A stretch of DNA of 64,000 nucleotides from an uncultured Chloroflexia bacterium (GTDB lineage: Bacteria > Chloroflexota > Limnocylindria > Limnocylindrales > CSP1-4): assembly GCA_963832105.1 (NCBI GenBank), contig CAWHSS010000003.1, positions 984,131-1,048,130 of the forward strand. Reading direction: 5' to 3'. Positions 1-9,502 of this stretch are shown here, one piece after another. The position numbers and the translations under genes are program-made. Position 1 is the stretch's first letter; every line of letters begins with the position of its first letter. The notes under the pieces are model-generated. The model was not told the origin of the DNA, did no database searches, and saw nothing but the letters and a program-made list of their open reading frames with translations.

Positions 1-940
1 GTTGATCGGGATCGAGAAGCCAATGCCGGTCGAGTCGCGGGCGATGGCGGTGTTGATGCCGACGACCGCGGCCGTCGCGTCCAGGAGCGGGCCGCCGCTG
101 TTTCCGGGGTTGATCGCCGCGTCCGTCTGGATGAGGTTGTTGAGCTGGCTGCCCTCGGTCTGGATCGTCCGGCCCTTGGCCGACACGATCCCGCTGGTGA
201 CGGTGTTCGAGAACGTCCCCAGCGGGCTGCCGATCGCAACGACGAGCTGGCCCACCCGGAGACCGTCCGAATCGCCGATCGCCGCGGCCGTCAGGCCCGT
301 CGCGTTGACCTTGACGATCGCGAGGTCGGTGAGCGTGTCGATGCCGTAGATCGTGCCGGTGTACTCCGTCCCGTCCTTGAGCTCGACGGTGACGGTCGTG
401 CTGCCGGCGACGACGTGCCGATTGGTGAGGATCCAGCCGTTCGAGTTGAAGATCACGCCGGACCCGACGCCCTGCTCGGGGATCGCCGTCGCGTCGGGAT
501 CGACCTCTTCGCCGGTCCTGATCTGGACGACCGCGGGGCCCGCCCGGGACGCGACATTGACGATCGCCGATGACTCGTTGATCGTGATCGGCTGGTTGAC
601 GGTCGTGGAATTCGGATCGACGGTCGTGGCCGGCGTCGTTCGGTCGAGCGCGCCGCTCGCGCTGAGGGCCACGAACGTGCCGCCCGAGGCAAGCACGGCG
701 GCAAGCAGCGCCGTCGTCAGCACCGTCCCGATCCCCGCCGAGCGCTGCTGGGCAGTGACCGGCTCGATTCGGGTTCGGGGAGCCGGCTCGAACCAGCGCT
801 CAGGCGTCGGAGGATGTGGTTCCGGCTCCGTCCAGCGCGGCGCGGCCCAGTCGGAGCGCGGTTCCGCGGGCGGGGAGAAGAATGCACTGTCGTGCGGCTT
901 GGTCTCGTCGTCGGGATCGGTGTCGTTGCGATCGGTCATT
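1..940 (-). CDS. Trypsin-like serine protease, HtrA/DegP (PepD-like); C-terminal part runs off the window
   Basis: Absent from the ORF track because there is no stop in the window. My reverse-strand translation from ATG 940..938 gives MTDRNDTDPDD..., a hydrophobic segment, then GSGVIFNSNGWILTNRHVV, DLAIVKV and TDAAINPGNSGGPLLD (S1C His/Asp/Ser contexts). It sits directly downstream of the RR-HK pair. Confidence 0.85.
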
Positions 941-1000
941 GGGGGCGTGACTTCGTGCGTCGTGCGGCCGGCACGGGGCGGTGAGCGTCTCGTGACTTCG

Positions 1001-2536
1001 TCAGCCTGACGACTCTCGGTTCAGGCGGGGGGCCGGGGTCGGTGAAGAATCCACCACCTTCGGCGGTGGTTCATCCGGTCCTGCTGCGTCAGCCTGGCCG
1101 ATCGGCCGCAGGGGTGGCTGCGGTCCGTCCACGCGCGGATCGCGCGGCAGGAAGACCGAGAAGCGGCTTCCCGTCCCCAGCCTGCTGTCCACGGTAACCG
1201 AACCGCCGTGCATGTCGACGATCGAACGGACGATCGCCAGCCCCAGCCCGCTGCCGCTGCCGCGTGCCTCGTTCGCGAGCGATCCGCGATAGAACCGGTC
1301 GAAGATCCGGGGCAGCTCACTCGCGTCGATGCCGGTTCCGGTGTCGTTCACGTCAATTCGCGCGCCGTCCTTGTACGGCGAGACGACAACGTCCACCGAA
1401 CCGCCCTTCGGCGTGAACTTGATCGCGTTGCCCACGAGGTTCGTCACGACCTGCCCGACCCGCTGCGGATCGTGGCGGATCCGGAGGGGCCCCGGCGGCA
1501 GCGTCACCTTGAGATCGACGCCGCGCCGTCGAGCCGCCGGCATCGCCTGCTCAACGGCCGACTCGACCACCGCTCGCAGGTCGTCCGGCCGCAAATCGAG
1601 GAGGACCAGGCCGGAATCGAGCTTCGAGAGCTCCAGGAGGTTCTGGGCCAACCAGTCGAGCCGCTCGAGCTGGATGCGGCTCGCCTCGAGGAACTCGGCC
1701 CGGGCGGCCGGGTCCTTCCCGGCCTGGTCGCTGAGCAGCTCGTTGAACGTGAGCAGCGCGGCGATCGGCGTCCGCAGCTCATGGGAGACGTCGGCGAGGA
1801 AGTCCCGGCTCCGGTCGCGATCGCGCCGAATGATCGCCACGCTCTCCTCCAGTCGATCGGCCATTGCGTTGAACTGGATGGCCAGCTCGGTCAGCTCTGA
1901 CGAGCCGGCCCCGAGCACCGCCCGGTCGACGCGCTTCGTGAGATCGCCTTCCGCGAGGGCTCGCGACGCATCCGTCAGCCGCCGGAGCGGGGTGGTGAAG
2001 CGGTGCGCCATCGCGGCGGCGACGATGACCGACAGGCCCAGCGCGACGATACCGACGGCCGCCAGCAGGCTCGTGACGTTGGCGATCGAGGTCTTGCGGA
2101 ACGTGTGTGGGTTCGACAGCTGGACCTCGATCACGTACGGGTCGACGCTCTTGGTGGCGATCAACGAGAAGGGCGCGGCCGTGAGCGGCTCGCGGCTCTG
2201 GCCCTCGCCTGGCTCCGCCGTTTGCTCAGCGTGGAACGACCCATTGGTGGCCGGGATGAATCCGCCGCCGGCCTCGGCCGGGAGACCCAGCACGATGTCC
2301 ACGTCGGCCCGGGCCAGAAAATCCGTGAGAAAGCTCTGCTGGTCCTCGAACGCGGCAATGACGGCGGGACTGACCCGGTTCGTCTTGAAGTTGACGACCG
2401 GTTGATTGACCCCGTGGGCAGCGTCGGCCGCAATCCGGTCGATGTAGGTGGCGACGATGCTCGCGCGTGACTGCAGCTCGGCCTGCTGCTGGCCCGTGAA
2501 GTAGTCGTCGAGCCGGTTCACCACGAACACGGTCAC
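1001..2536 (-). CDS. Sensor histidine kinase (MprB-like, HAMP-HisKA-HATPase)
   Basis: 511-aa ORF. H-box FLADVSHELRTPIAAL, N-box VVTNLVGNAIKFT, G-boxes DTGTGI and GSGLGLAIVRSIV. In-frame hydrophobic codons (..LTLSFVGVVALTLVLV) continue upstream to about 2640 with no ATG/GTG/TTG, so the true start is unresolved. Confidence 0.9.
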   Translation of the reverse strand: MTVFVVNRLDDYFTGQQQAELQSRASIVATYIDRIAADAAHGVNQPVVNFKTNRVSPAVIAAFEDQQSFLTDFLARADVDIVLGLPAEAGGGFIPATNGSFHAEQTAEPGEGQSREPLTAAPFSLIATKSVDPYVIEVQLSNPHTFRKTSIANVTSLLAAVGIVALGLSVIVAAAMAHRFTTPLRRLTDASRALAEGDLTKRVDRAVLGAGSSELTELAIQFNAMADRLEESVAIIRRDRDRSRDFLADVSHELRTPIAALLTFNELLSDQAGKDPAARAEFLEASRIQLERLDWLAQNLLELSKLDSGLVLLDLRPDDLRAVVESAVEQAMPAARRRGVDLKVTLPPGPLRIRHDPQRVGQVVTNLVGNAIKFTPKGGSVDVVVSPYKDGARIDVNDTGTGIDASELPRIFDRFYRGSLANEARGSGSGLGLAIVRSIVDMHGGSVTVDSRLGTGSRFSVFLPRDPRVDGPQPPLRPIGQADAAGPDEPPPKVVDSSPTPAPRLNRESSG

Positions 2537-2645
2537 GAGGACGAGCGTGAGCGCGACGACCCCGACGAAGCTGAGCGTCAGGCGCGCCTGGAATGTCCGC
2601 GGGGCGAGACGCCGCAGGACTCGCGGCAGGCGTCGCCGAGGGGCG

Positions 2646-3392
2646 TCAGCGTTCAGCGAACGCGTAGCCGACCCCTCGGACCGTCATGACGAACGCCGGG
2701 ATCGCCGGGTCGTCCTCGATCTTGTCGCGCAGGTGGCTGACGTGGACGTTGATGGTCTTCTCGTCCTGGTCGAGTGCCTCGTAGTCGCGGAGCAGCTCGA
2801 GAAGCTCCGACCTCGTGTAGACCCGCCCGGGCCGGCTGGCGAGGTGGCGCAGGATCTCGAACTCGGTCGGCGTGAGGCTGATCCGGCGCTGGCCGCGCTG
2901 CACGCGCCGCCGTTCCAGGTCGATCACGAGGTCACCGTGGCGGATCACCCGGCCGCCGGCCGCATCGGCGAGGTCGCCGTACGCCCGCCGCAGGAGCGCC
3001 TTGATCCGGCTCATGAGCTCCCGCAGGCCGAACGGTTTCGTGAGGTAGTCGTCGGCGCCGAGCTCCAGGCCGATCACCTTGTCGACTTCGTCGTCGCGGG
3101 CGGTCAGGACCAGGACGGGCGCTTTCGATCCGGCGGCCCGAAGTCGTCGGAGGACTTCGAACCCGTCGATGCCGGGGAGGCGCACGTCGAGCACCACGAG
3201 GTCCGGGGCCTGGTTCGTGGCGAAGTCGAGCCCTTCCTCGCCGGACCGTGCGACGGCGACCTGGTAACCCTCCTGCTGGAGGGCGTACTGGATGCCGCGG
3301 GCAACGGCGAATTCGTCTTCGACGATCAGGATCGTTGCTGCCACGCGTGCGATGCTACACCGGGCTCGATCGGGACGACGCGAACCGGACAA
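2646..3392 (-). CDS. OmpR/PhoB-family response regulator (MprA-like)
   Basis: Receiver domain ILIVEDE...DLVVLDVRLPGIDG...KPF plus winged helix TPTEFEILRHL...VRGVGYAF. GTG at 3344 (VAATILIVEDE) is a likelier start than 3392. Confidence 0.9.
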   Translation of the reverse strand: MSGSRRPDRARCSIARVAATILIVEDEFAVARGIQYALQQEGYQVAVARSGEEGLDFATNQAPDLVVLDVRLPGIDGFEVLRRLRAAGSKAPVLVLTARDDEVDKVIGLELGADDYLTKPFGLRELMSRIKALLRRAYGDLADAAGGRVIRHGDLVIDLERRRVQRGQRRISLTPTEFEILRHLASRPGRVYTRSELLELLRDYEALDQDEKTINVHVSHLRDKIEDDPAIPAFVMTVRGVGYAFAER

Positions 3393-3497
3393 TTGGCGTG
3401 GCCGTGATAAGGTGTGCGCCGTTCCCGGGCGCCCCCGCGATCAACGCGCAGGTGAGCCGCGCCCGATCAGATGAGCTTTCAACCGAGGTCCGACCCG

Positions 3498-4205
3498 ATG
3501 CCCAGCGCCACCACCACTCGCCCGACCCTCGCCGCGGTTCCCCGCGACGTGCTCGGGAAGAAGGTCTCTCGCCTTCGCCGCGAAGGCAAGCTGCCGGGAG
3601 TCGTCTTCGGCCACTCGCTCGATTCGACGCCCGTGAGCGTCGACGCCCACGATTTCGAGCTGCTGCGCCGCCGCGTCGGGCAGAACGCGCTCGTCGACCT
3701 GTCGGTCGATAGCAAGGACGCCCAGCCGGTACTCATCCACAGCGTCCAGGTCCATCCGGTCACCCGCCGACCCCTCCACGTCGACCTCTTCCTCGTCCGG
3801 ATGACCGAGGAGCTGACCGTCGACGTGCCGCTCGTCCCGATCGGCGTGTCGGAAGCCGTCGCGACCGACGGCGGCACGCTCCTGCACGGCATCGAGTCGG
3901 TCAGGATCAAGGCACTGCCCGATCACCTCCCGCAGTCGATCGAGTACTCGATCGAGAGCCTCGTCGACTTCGACGTCTCCATCCACGTCCGCGATCTGAC
4001 GATCCCGTCCGACGTGACGCTCTTGACCGATCCCGACGAGGTGGTGGCCAAGGTCCAGGCGCCCCGCATCGAGGTCGAGGAGGAGCCGGTCGTCGCCGAG
4101 GGCGAGGAAGGAGCCGAGGGCGAGGAAGGAGCCGAGGGCGAGGCCGGCGAGGCCGGCGCTGCGCCGTCCGCTGGCGGCTCCGACGAGGGCGACTCCGAAA
4201 GCTGA
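3498..4205 (+). CDS. rplY: 50S ribosomal protein L25 / general stress protein Ctc
   Basis: GKKVSRLRREGKLPGVVFG...VLIHSVQVHPVTRRPLHVDLF is the typical L25/Ctc core, followed by an acidic EG-repeat tail. ATG 3498 has GAGG about 10 nt upstream; the track start at 3471 has no SD. Confidence 0.9.
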   Translation: MPSATTTRPTLAAVPRDVLGKKVSRLRREGKLPGVVFGHSLDSTPVSVDAHDFELLRRRVGQNALVDLSVDSKDAQPVLIHSVQVHPVTRRPLHVDLFLVRMTEELTVDVPLVPIGVSEAVATDGGTLLHGIESVRIKALPDHLPQSIEYSIESLVDFDVSIHVRDLTIPSDVTLLTDPDEVVAKVQAPRIEVEEEPVVAEGEEGAEGEEGAEGEAGEAGAAPSAGGSDEGDSES

Positions 4206-4208
4206 TCC

Positions 4209-5030
4209 TCAGCCGCGAGTCCCGCTCGCGGCGACCACGGGCAGCCTAAGGACAAGGTCCGATGCGGGTCGCGCCTCGAGGCGCGCCCTCAGGCGGCTGA
4301 CCAGGCGCTCGCGCAGCGCCGGTTCGAGGCTGCGAACGAGGTCTTCCTCGTCGAATTCGGTCATGAACCGGACGTAGCCCTCGACCTCGAACTGGTGCTC
4401 GAGCTCGCCGCGTTCCGCGATGACGTTGCGAAAGCCGGCCCGGCGCAGCTGCGCGGCGGCGCCATCGACATCGGGGATGTCGCCAGGGCGGTCGTCGGGC
4501 AATCGGGCTCCCACGCCGATCTCATCGAGGACGTCGTCGAACTCGATGTCGGGCCGGAACGCGCGGTCCTCGGCAAGCCAGCTGACATACGCCAGCGTGC
4601 CCCCGGGTCGCAGCACCCGATGCGCCTCGCGAATGGCCCGCGCCCTGTTCGGGACAAGCTGGAACACAAACGACGACATGGCTGCATCGAACGTGCCGTC
4701 GGCAAAGGGCAGCTTGTCGGCGAAGGCCACCTTGGCGTCGAACCGGTGCCGGTCGGTCGGGGAGAGGTGGCGGTCTGCCTCGCCGGCGGCCGCTGCGGTC
4801 ATCCCCCGAGAAGCATCGATCCCGACCACCTCCACCGATGGCCACCGTTTGATCGCGGCTATCGCAAGGGTCGCCGTCCCCGTGCCGATGTCGACCAGGC
4901 GTCGCGCTCCGCCGGCAACCGCGTCATCGAGTCGATCGAGGAGCGCAGTCGCCTGCGGGGCGAGGACGGGCGCCCACCACTTCGCGTAGCCCGCGGCGAT
5001 GCGGTCGTAGCGTTCGGCCTGTTCGGTCAC
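4209..5030 (-). CDS. Class I SAM-dependent methyltransferase
   Basis: Motif I VDIGTGTATLA, then VVGIDAS and RVLRPGGTLAY. The N-terminal 82 codons of the track ORF are Arg-rich and look non-coding, so GTG at 5030 is the proposed start. Confidence 0.8.
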   Translation of the reverse strand: MTEQAERYDRIAAGYAKWWAPVLAPQATALLDRLDDAVAGGARRLVDIGTGTATLAIAAIKRWPSVEVVGIDASRGMTAAAAGEADRHLSPTDRHRFDAKVAFADKLPFADGTFDAAMSSFVFQLVPNRARAIREAHRVLRPGGTLAYVSWLAEDRAFRPDIEFDDVLDEIGVGARLPDDRPGDIPDVDGAAAQLRRAGFRNVIAERGELEHQFEVEGYVRFMTEFDEEDLVRSLEPALRERLVSRLRARLEARPASDLVLRLPVVAASGTRG

Positions 5031-5062
5031 GACCTCATCGTGCCACGAGAGCCGGGCCGGGA

Positions 5063-5997
5063 TCAGCCCTCGGCGGCGGCCGGCGGCGGCGGCGTGGACG
5101 TTCGCCTGAGGAATCCGAGCCGGCGAGCCACGAAGACGCCGATCGCGGCGATGAGCGTCACCATGAGGATGATCGGCAGCCCGACGATCGCGAGCCAGAT
5201 GCCGGCGCTCGCGAGGAGCTGCAGGAACCCGACGAGGCTGGCGCCGGCCTGTTCGACCTCGGCTCCCGGATCCCATCGGGCCGCGGCCTCGGTGATCGCC
5301 TGGACCTCGACCCCGAACGTAACTGTCAGGGTCGCGTAGGCGACCTGGTCGTCCAGATTTGCCTTCTGCGCGCTGAGCTGCTCGATCTGTCCTCGCACGT
5401 CGGAGAGACGCGACTCGATCTCCAGCACGTCAGCGACCTTGGCCGCATCGGAGAGGTGCTTGACGAGGGCCGTCTCGCTGGCCCGGAGATTGCGGATCCG
5501 TGCCTCGAGATCGACGATCTGACCCGTGACGTCGGCGGTGTCGGTCTGCTCGCCGACCTCCGTTCCAAGCCCGCGGAGGGCGTCGAGGGCGTCCTCCCAT
5601 CGGCCGGCCGGGACCCGGTAGCTGATCGTCGCGACGACGTTCTCGCCGTCGCTGTACTGCTGTGACGCCCCGATATACCCGCCCATCCCCTGGATCGCCG
5701 AGCGAGCGGCGCCGACCGCCGCGATGACGTCGGCGACTTCGAGCTGCAGCGACCCGGTCCGGATGATCTTGGTGCCGTCACGGATCGCCGCAGGGTCGCC
5801 GTCCGGGGCAAAGGGCTGGGCCGGCCTCGTCGCGGGATCCGGCGGCCGGAGCAGACGACGCAGCGGGAGCGGCGCCGGCGGCCCCGGCCTGAGGAGCGCT
5901 CGCCGCCATAACCACAGGCCGCGATCAGGGCTCCAACAAGAACGACCGCCAGGAGGGCGAAGAAGGTGCGCCTGGCACCGATGGATGCGTTCCGCAT
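5063..5997 (-). pseudogene. DUF4349-family lipoprotein, frame-disrupted near the N-terminus
   Basis: The body (IIRTGSLQLEV...RVPAGRWEDALDALRGLG...coiled coil...C-terminal TM) is in the 5063..6172 frame. The only plausible signal/lipobox (MRNASIGARRTFFALLAVVLVGALIAAC, from 5997) is in the 5326..6063 frame. Confidence 0.65.
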
Positions 5998-6175
5998 CGC
6001 GTGGTTCCTCCGGATGTGCACGTGGTGGGCGACGCCCAGCGCGGCACCGCCCGAGACGTCCATCCGTCGAGGCCGGTTCCCTCGGCGACACAGGCTCCAT
6101 CACCCGTCCGTCTCGTTCGCAGCACAGACCGGCATCGGGCCGCGGCCCGGACAGCTCACGTTTCGGAGGCATCTG

Positions 6176-7699
6176 ATGGACCGCACCATCGCCACGCGCT
6201 CGCTCGCGGCGGCCTTCGTCGTCGGCGCCATCGCCCAGGCGCTCCTCGTCGGAGCCGAGCTCGGGATCAACATTCCGCTGGTGGCCGCCGCGACGATGGC
6301 AGCGGCCATCTTCCTCTCGAACGGTGGCCGGCGGATCGATCGCCTGGACCTGTGGTTGCCGATCGCCGCCGTGGCGGTGTCGGCAATGGTCGCGATCCGC
6401 TCCGACTCGACACTCCTGTTCCTCGATGTCGTGACCGCGGCTTTGCTCCTCGGGGCGTCGATGGCCGCCTTCGCGGGGGCCGCGGTCACCCGCCGGAGTG
6501 CGCTCGCGATCGTCGCCACCGGGACCGTCGTCCTCGCCTGGGTCGGTGGCGGGATCCTCCGGCTGTCGGTTGCCGCCCGCCGGCCTGCGGCGACGGGCCC
6601 GGGCTGGCGCGCTCGCATGCCGGCGTGGGCAGGTCCCGTCGCTCGCGGCCTGCTTCTCGCGCTCCCGATCCTCCTCCTGTTCGTCGCGCTGTTCTCGTCG
6701 GCCGACGCGATCTTCGCGTCAATCGCAGCCGACGTCTTCGGCTGGGAGTTCGACCTCGGCGAGCTGCCGGTTCGCATTGGCGTGGCCTTCGTCGTCGCCT
6801 GGGTCGTCGCTGGATTGCTTGGCGTGGCCGCCGGCGCGGCTGAGCTCGACTGGCCCAAGGAGCCCCTCCCGATGCAGTCGCTGGGCGCCGCCGCAGTCGA
6901 ACCCCTGCCGCTCGCTCCGCGCCTCGGCGCGACCGAAGCCCTGACGATCCTCGTCGCAGTCGATCTCCTGTTCGGTGCCTTCGTCAGCCTCCAGGTCGCC
7001 TACCTGTTCGGTGGCCTGGACACGCTCGCAGCCGGCGGGATCACCTACGCCAACTACGCGCGGCGCGGCTTCTTCGAGCTCGTCACCGTGACCTGCCTCG
7101 CCGGCGGCCTGGTTGCCCTTCTCCACGCGATCGTTGCCGAGCGAACCCGGGCGTTCGTCGGCGCGGCCGTCGCGGTGGCGCTCCTGACGTTTGTCATCCT
7201 TGCCTCCGCGGCGCTCCGTCTCAGCCTCTACCAGGACGCGTATGGCTGGACCGAGCTCCGCTTCTACATCGACGCCACGATCGCGTGGCTCGGGCTGGGG
7301 ATCGTCGCCGCGATCGTCTTCCTCGTCCGAAACCGAATGCGCTGGCTGGTCCACGCGATGACGGTCTCCGCCGTCGCGATCCTCCTGGTCGCCAACGTGG
7401 TCGGCGCCCAGCGTCACGTCGCCGAGGCAAACGTTGCCCGGCTGCTGAACCCCTCCCTGGTCCCGCCGGACGGCCGCCAGGGGCTCGACGTCTGGTATGC
7501 GCTGACGCTCGGCGACGATGCGGTCCCGGCGCTCGTCGCCGCCCTTCCGGCGCTGTCGCCGGAGGACCACGCGTGGGTGATGAGCGATCTCGAGGATCGC
7601 TGGAAGGAGCTCCGCCGGCCTGATGCGACCGCTTGGCAGGGTTGGAACGTCGCTCGCGAGCGCGCCCGCGCGGCGCTGGCGACGCTGTTCGGCTCGTAG
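6176..7699 (+). CDS. Polytopic membrane protein (DUF4153/DUF4173-like)
   Basis: Starts at MDRTIATRSLAAAFVVGAIAQALL and has at least 10 hydrophobic segments. The family name is recalled, not searched. Confidence 0.7.
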   Translation: MDRTIATRSLAAAFVVGAIAQALLVGAELGINIPLVAAATMAAAIFLSNGGRRIDRLDLWLPIAAVAVSAMVAIRSDSTLLFLDVVTAALLLGASMAAFAGAAVTRRSALAIVATGTVVLAWVGGGILRLSVAARRPAATGPGWRARMPAWAGPVARGLLLALPILLLFVALFSSADAIFASIAADVFGWEFDLGELPVRIGVAFVVAWVVAGLLGVAAGAAELDWPKEPLPMQSLGAAAVEPLPLAPRLGATEALTILVAVDLLFGAFVSLQVAYLFGGLDTLAAGGITYANYARRGFFELVTVTCLAGGLVALLHAIVAERTRAFVGAAVAVALLTFVILASAALRLSLYQDAYGWTELRFYIDATIAWLGLGIVAAIVFLVRNRMRWLVHAMTVSAVAILLVANVVGAQRHVAEANVARLLNPSLVPPDGRQGLDVWYALTLGDDAVPALVAALPALSPEDHAWVMSDLEDRWKELRRPDATAWQGWNVARERARAALATLFGS

Positions 7700-7733
7700 T
7701 CGTCGGCGGCCGGTTGGTCGCTACACTCGGGGT

Positions 7734-8822
7734 GTGAAGCTGCCGTTCGAGCCGCCCCTGGAGCCGATGCTGGCCAAACCCGCCGACAAGCTGCCGTCCG
7801 ACGACGGCTGGCTGTTCGAGCCGAAGTGGGACGGTTTCCGGGCGATCGTGTTTCGCGACGGCGATGAGGTCTACACGCAGTCCCGTGACCTCAAGCCCCT
7901 CGACCGCTACTTCCCGGAGCTGGCCGATCCTCTCCGGGCGGCGCTGCCGGACCGCTGCATCGTCGACGGCGAGGTCGTGATCTCGAAGAACGGCGAGCTC
8001 GACTTCGAGGCGCTGCTGCTGCGGATCCATCCGGCGGCGTCGCGGGTGAAGATGCTGGCCGCCGAGTCGCCGGCGTCATTCGTTGCCTGGGATCTGCTCG
8101 CCCTCGGCGACGACGACCTGCGCGACACGCCCCAGGGCGAGCGGCGGGCGCTGCTTGAGAAAGCGCTCGGATCTGCGCCGCCGCCCGTCCACCTCACCCC
8201 CGCCACGACGGACCGGGCGCTCGCCCAGGACTGGTTCCACCGGTTCGAGGGGGCCGGCCTCGACGGCGTGATCGCGAAACGGCTGACCGACAGATACCAG
8301 CCGGCCAAGCGAGCGATGCTGAAGATCAAGCACCAGCGCACCGCCGATTGCGTCGTGGCTGGGTTCCGCTGGCACAAGAACGGACCTGGGACGCATATCG
8401 GTTCGCTGCTGCTCGGCCTGTTCGACGACGAGGGATCGCTCCACCACGTCGGCGTCACGTCGTCGTTCACGTGGGACAAGCGCGCCGCTCTCGTCCCGGA
8501 GCTGGAGCCCCTGCGCAAGGACGCGCTCGAGGGCCATCCATGGGGCGAGTGGGCCGAATGGGCGACGCAGGGCGCAGCCGACGCCTCGGGCCAGCGGCTG
8601 CCCGGCGCGACGTCACGCTGGAACCGGGGCAAGGACCTCTCGTGGGAGCCGCTCCGCCCGGAGCGTGTCGCGGAGGTCGCCTACGACCACCTCCAGGGCG
8701 ATCGCTTCCGCCACGGGACGACGTTCAAGCGCTGGCGCCCGGACAAGCCGCCGGCCGAGTGCCGCTACGACCAGCTCGAGGAGACCCCCGCCTACGAGAT
8801 CGCCAAGATCTTCGGCGCCTGA
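7734..8822 (+). CDS. ligC: ATP-dependent DNA ligase, LigC type
   Basis: Motif I EPKWDGFR, motif III IVDGEVV, motif IIIa FVAWDLL, motif IV GLDGVIAK, motif V MLKIK, then an OB domain. GTG start at 7734. Confidence 0.9.
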   Translation: MKLPFEPPLEPMLAKPADKLPSDDGWLFEPKWDGFRAIVFRDGDEVYTQSRDLKPLDRYFPELADPLRAALPDRCIVDGEVVISKNGELDFEALLLRIHPAASRVKMLAAESPASFVAWDLLALGDDDLRDTPQGERRALLEKALGSAPPPVHLTPATTDRALAQDWFHRFEGAGLDGVIAKRLTDRYQPAKRAMLKIKHQRTADCVVAGFRWHKNGPGTHIGSLLLGLFDDEGSLHHVGVTSSFTWDKRAALVPELEPLRKDALEGHPWGEWAEWATQGAADASGQRLPGATSRWNRGKDLSWEPLRPERVAEVAYDHLQGDRFRHGTTFKRWRPDKPPAECRYDQLEETPAYEIAKIFGA

Positions 8823-8837
8823 GGCGAGGAGGCTCGC

Positions 8838-9485
8838 GTGTACATCCCGGCGCACTTCAGGGCCGATGACGCTGCCGTCCGGGACCTGCTCACCAACCAC
8901 GGCGCAGCCGACCTGATCACATCGACCGGAGGCGGCCTGCTTGCGACGATGCTCCCGTTCATCTACGAGGAACCCGGCAGCTCGCCGGAGGCCGGCGAGC
9001 ACGGCCGATTGCTGGGCCACGTAGCCCGCAACAACGACCAGTGGCGCGAACCGGCCGAGGGCGACGCGCTCGTCATCGTCCGCGGTCCGGACGCCTACAT
9101 CTCACCGTCGTGGTACGAGACGAAGCGGGAGCACGGTCGGGTCGTGCCGACGTGGAACTACGTCACGGCTCATGTCTACGGGCCGCTCGTCGTTCATGAC
9201 GACGTGGCGTGGGTCGAGGCCCTGGTTCGGCGGCTGACCGCCCGCCACGAGGCATCGCAGCCCCATCCCTGGAGCCCGGACGACGCGCCTGAGCCCTATT
9301 TCCGCGGCCAGTTGAAGGCCATCGTCGGACTAGAGCTGCCGATCAGCCGGGTCGAGGGCAAGTTCAAGCTGAGCCAGAATCGTTCGGATGCCGACATCGA
9401 GGGCGTGATCGACGGGCTCGCGGCCGCCGGCCAACCCGCGGTGGCGGACGCAATGCGCGAGCTCCCGCCCTCTCGCCGAGGCTGA
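8838..9485 (+). CDS. FMN-binding negative transcriptional regulator, PaiB family
   Basis: MYIPAHFR... N-terminus and ...GPDAYISPSWY...VPTWNY...KFKLSQN, characteristic of PaiB. Confidence 0.85.
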   Translation: MYIPAHFRADDAAVRDLLTNHGAADLITSTGGGLLATMLPFIYEEPGSSPEAGEHGRLLGHVARNNDQWREPAEGDALVIVRGPDAYISPSWYETKREHGRVVPTWNYVTAHVYGPLVVHDDVAWVEALVRRLTARHEASQPHPWSPDDAPEPYFRGQLKAIVGLELPISRVEGKFKLSQNRSDADIEGVIDGLAAAGQPAVADAMRELPPSRRG

Positions 9486-9502
9486 GTTCGACCGGACGGA
9501 GG

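Noticed and set aside
4212-4232. Hairpin GCCGCGAG-TCCCG-CTCGCGGC between the convergent L25 and methyltransferase genes.
   Set aside because: It lies inside the methyltransferase coding sequence (last codons), has an 8-bp stem only and no U-tract. Any terminator role is speculative.
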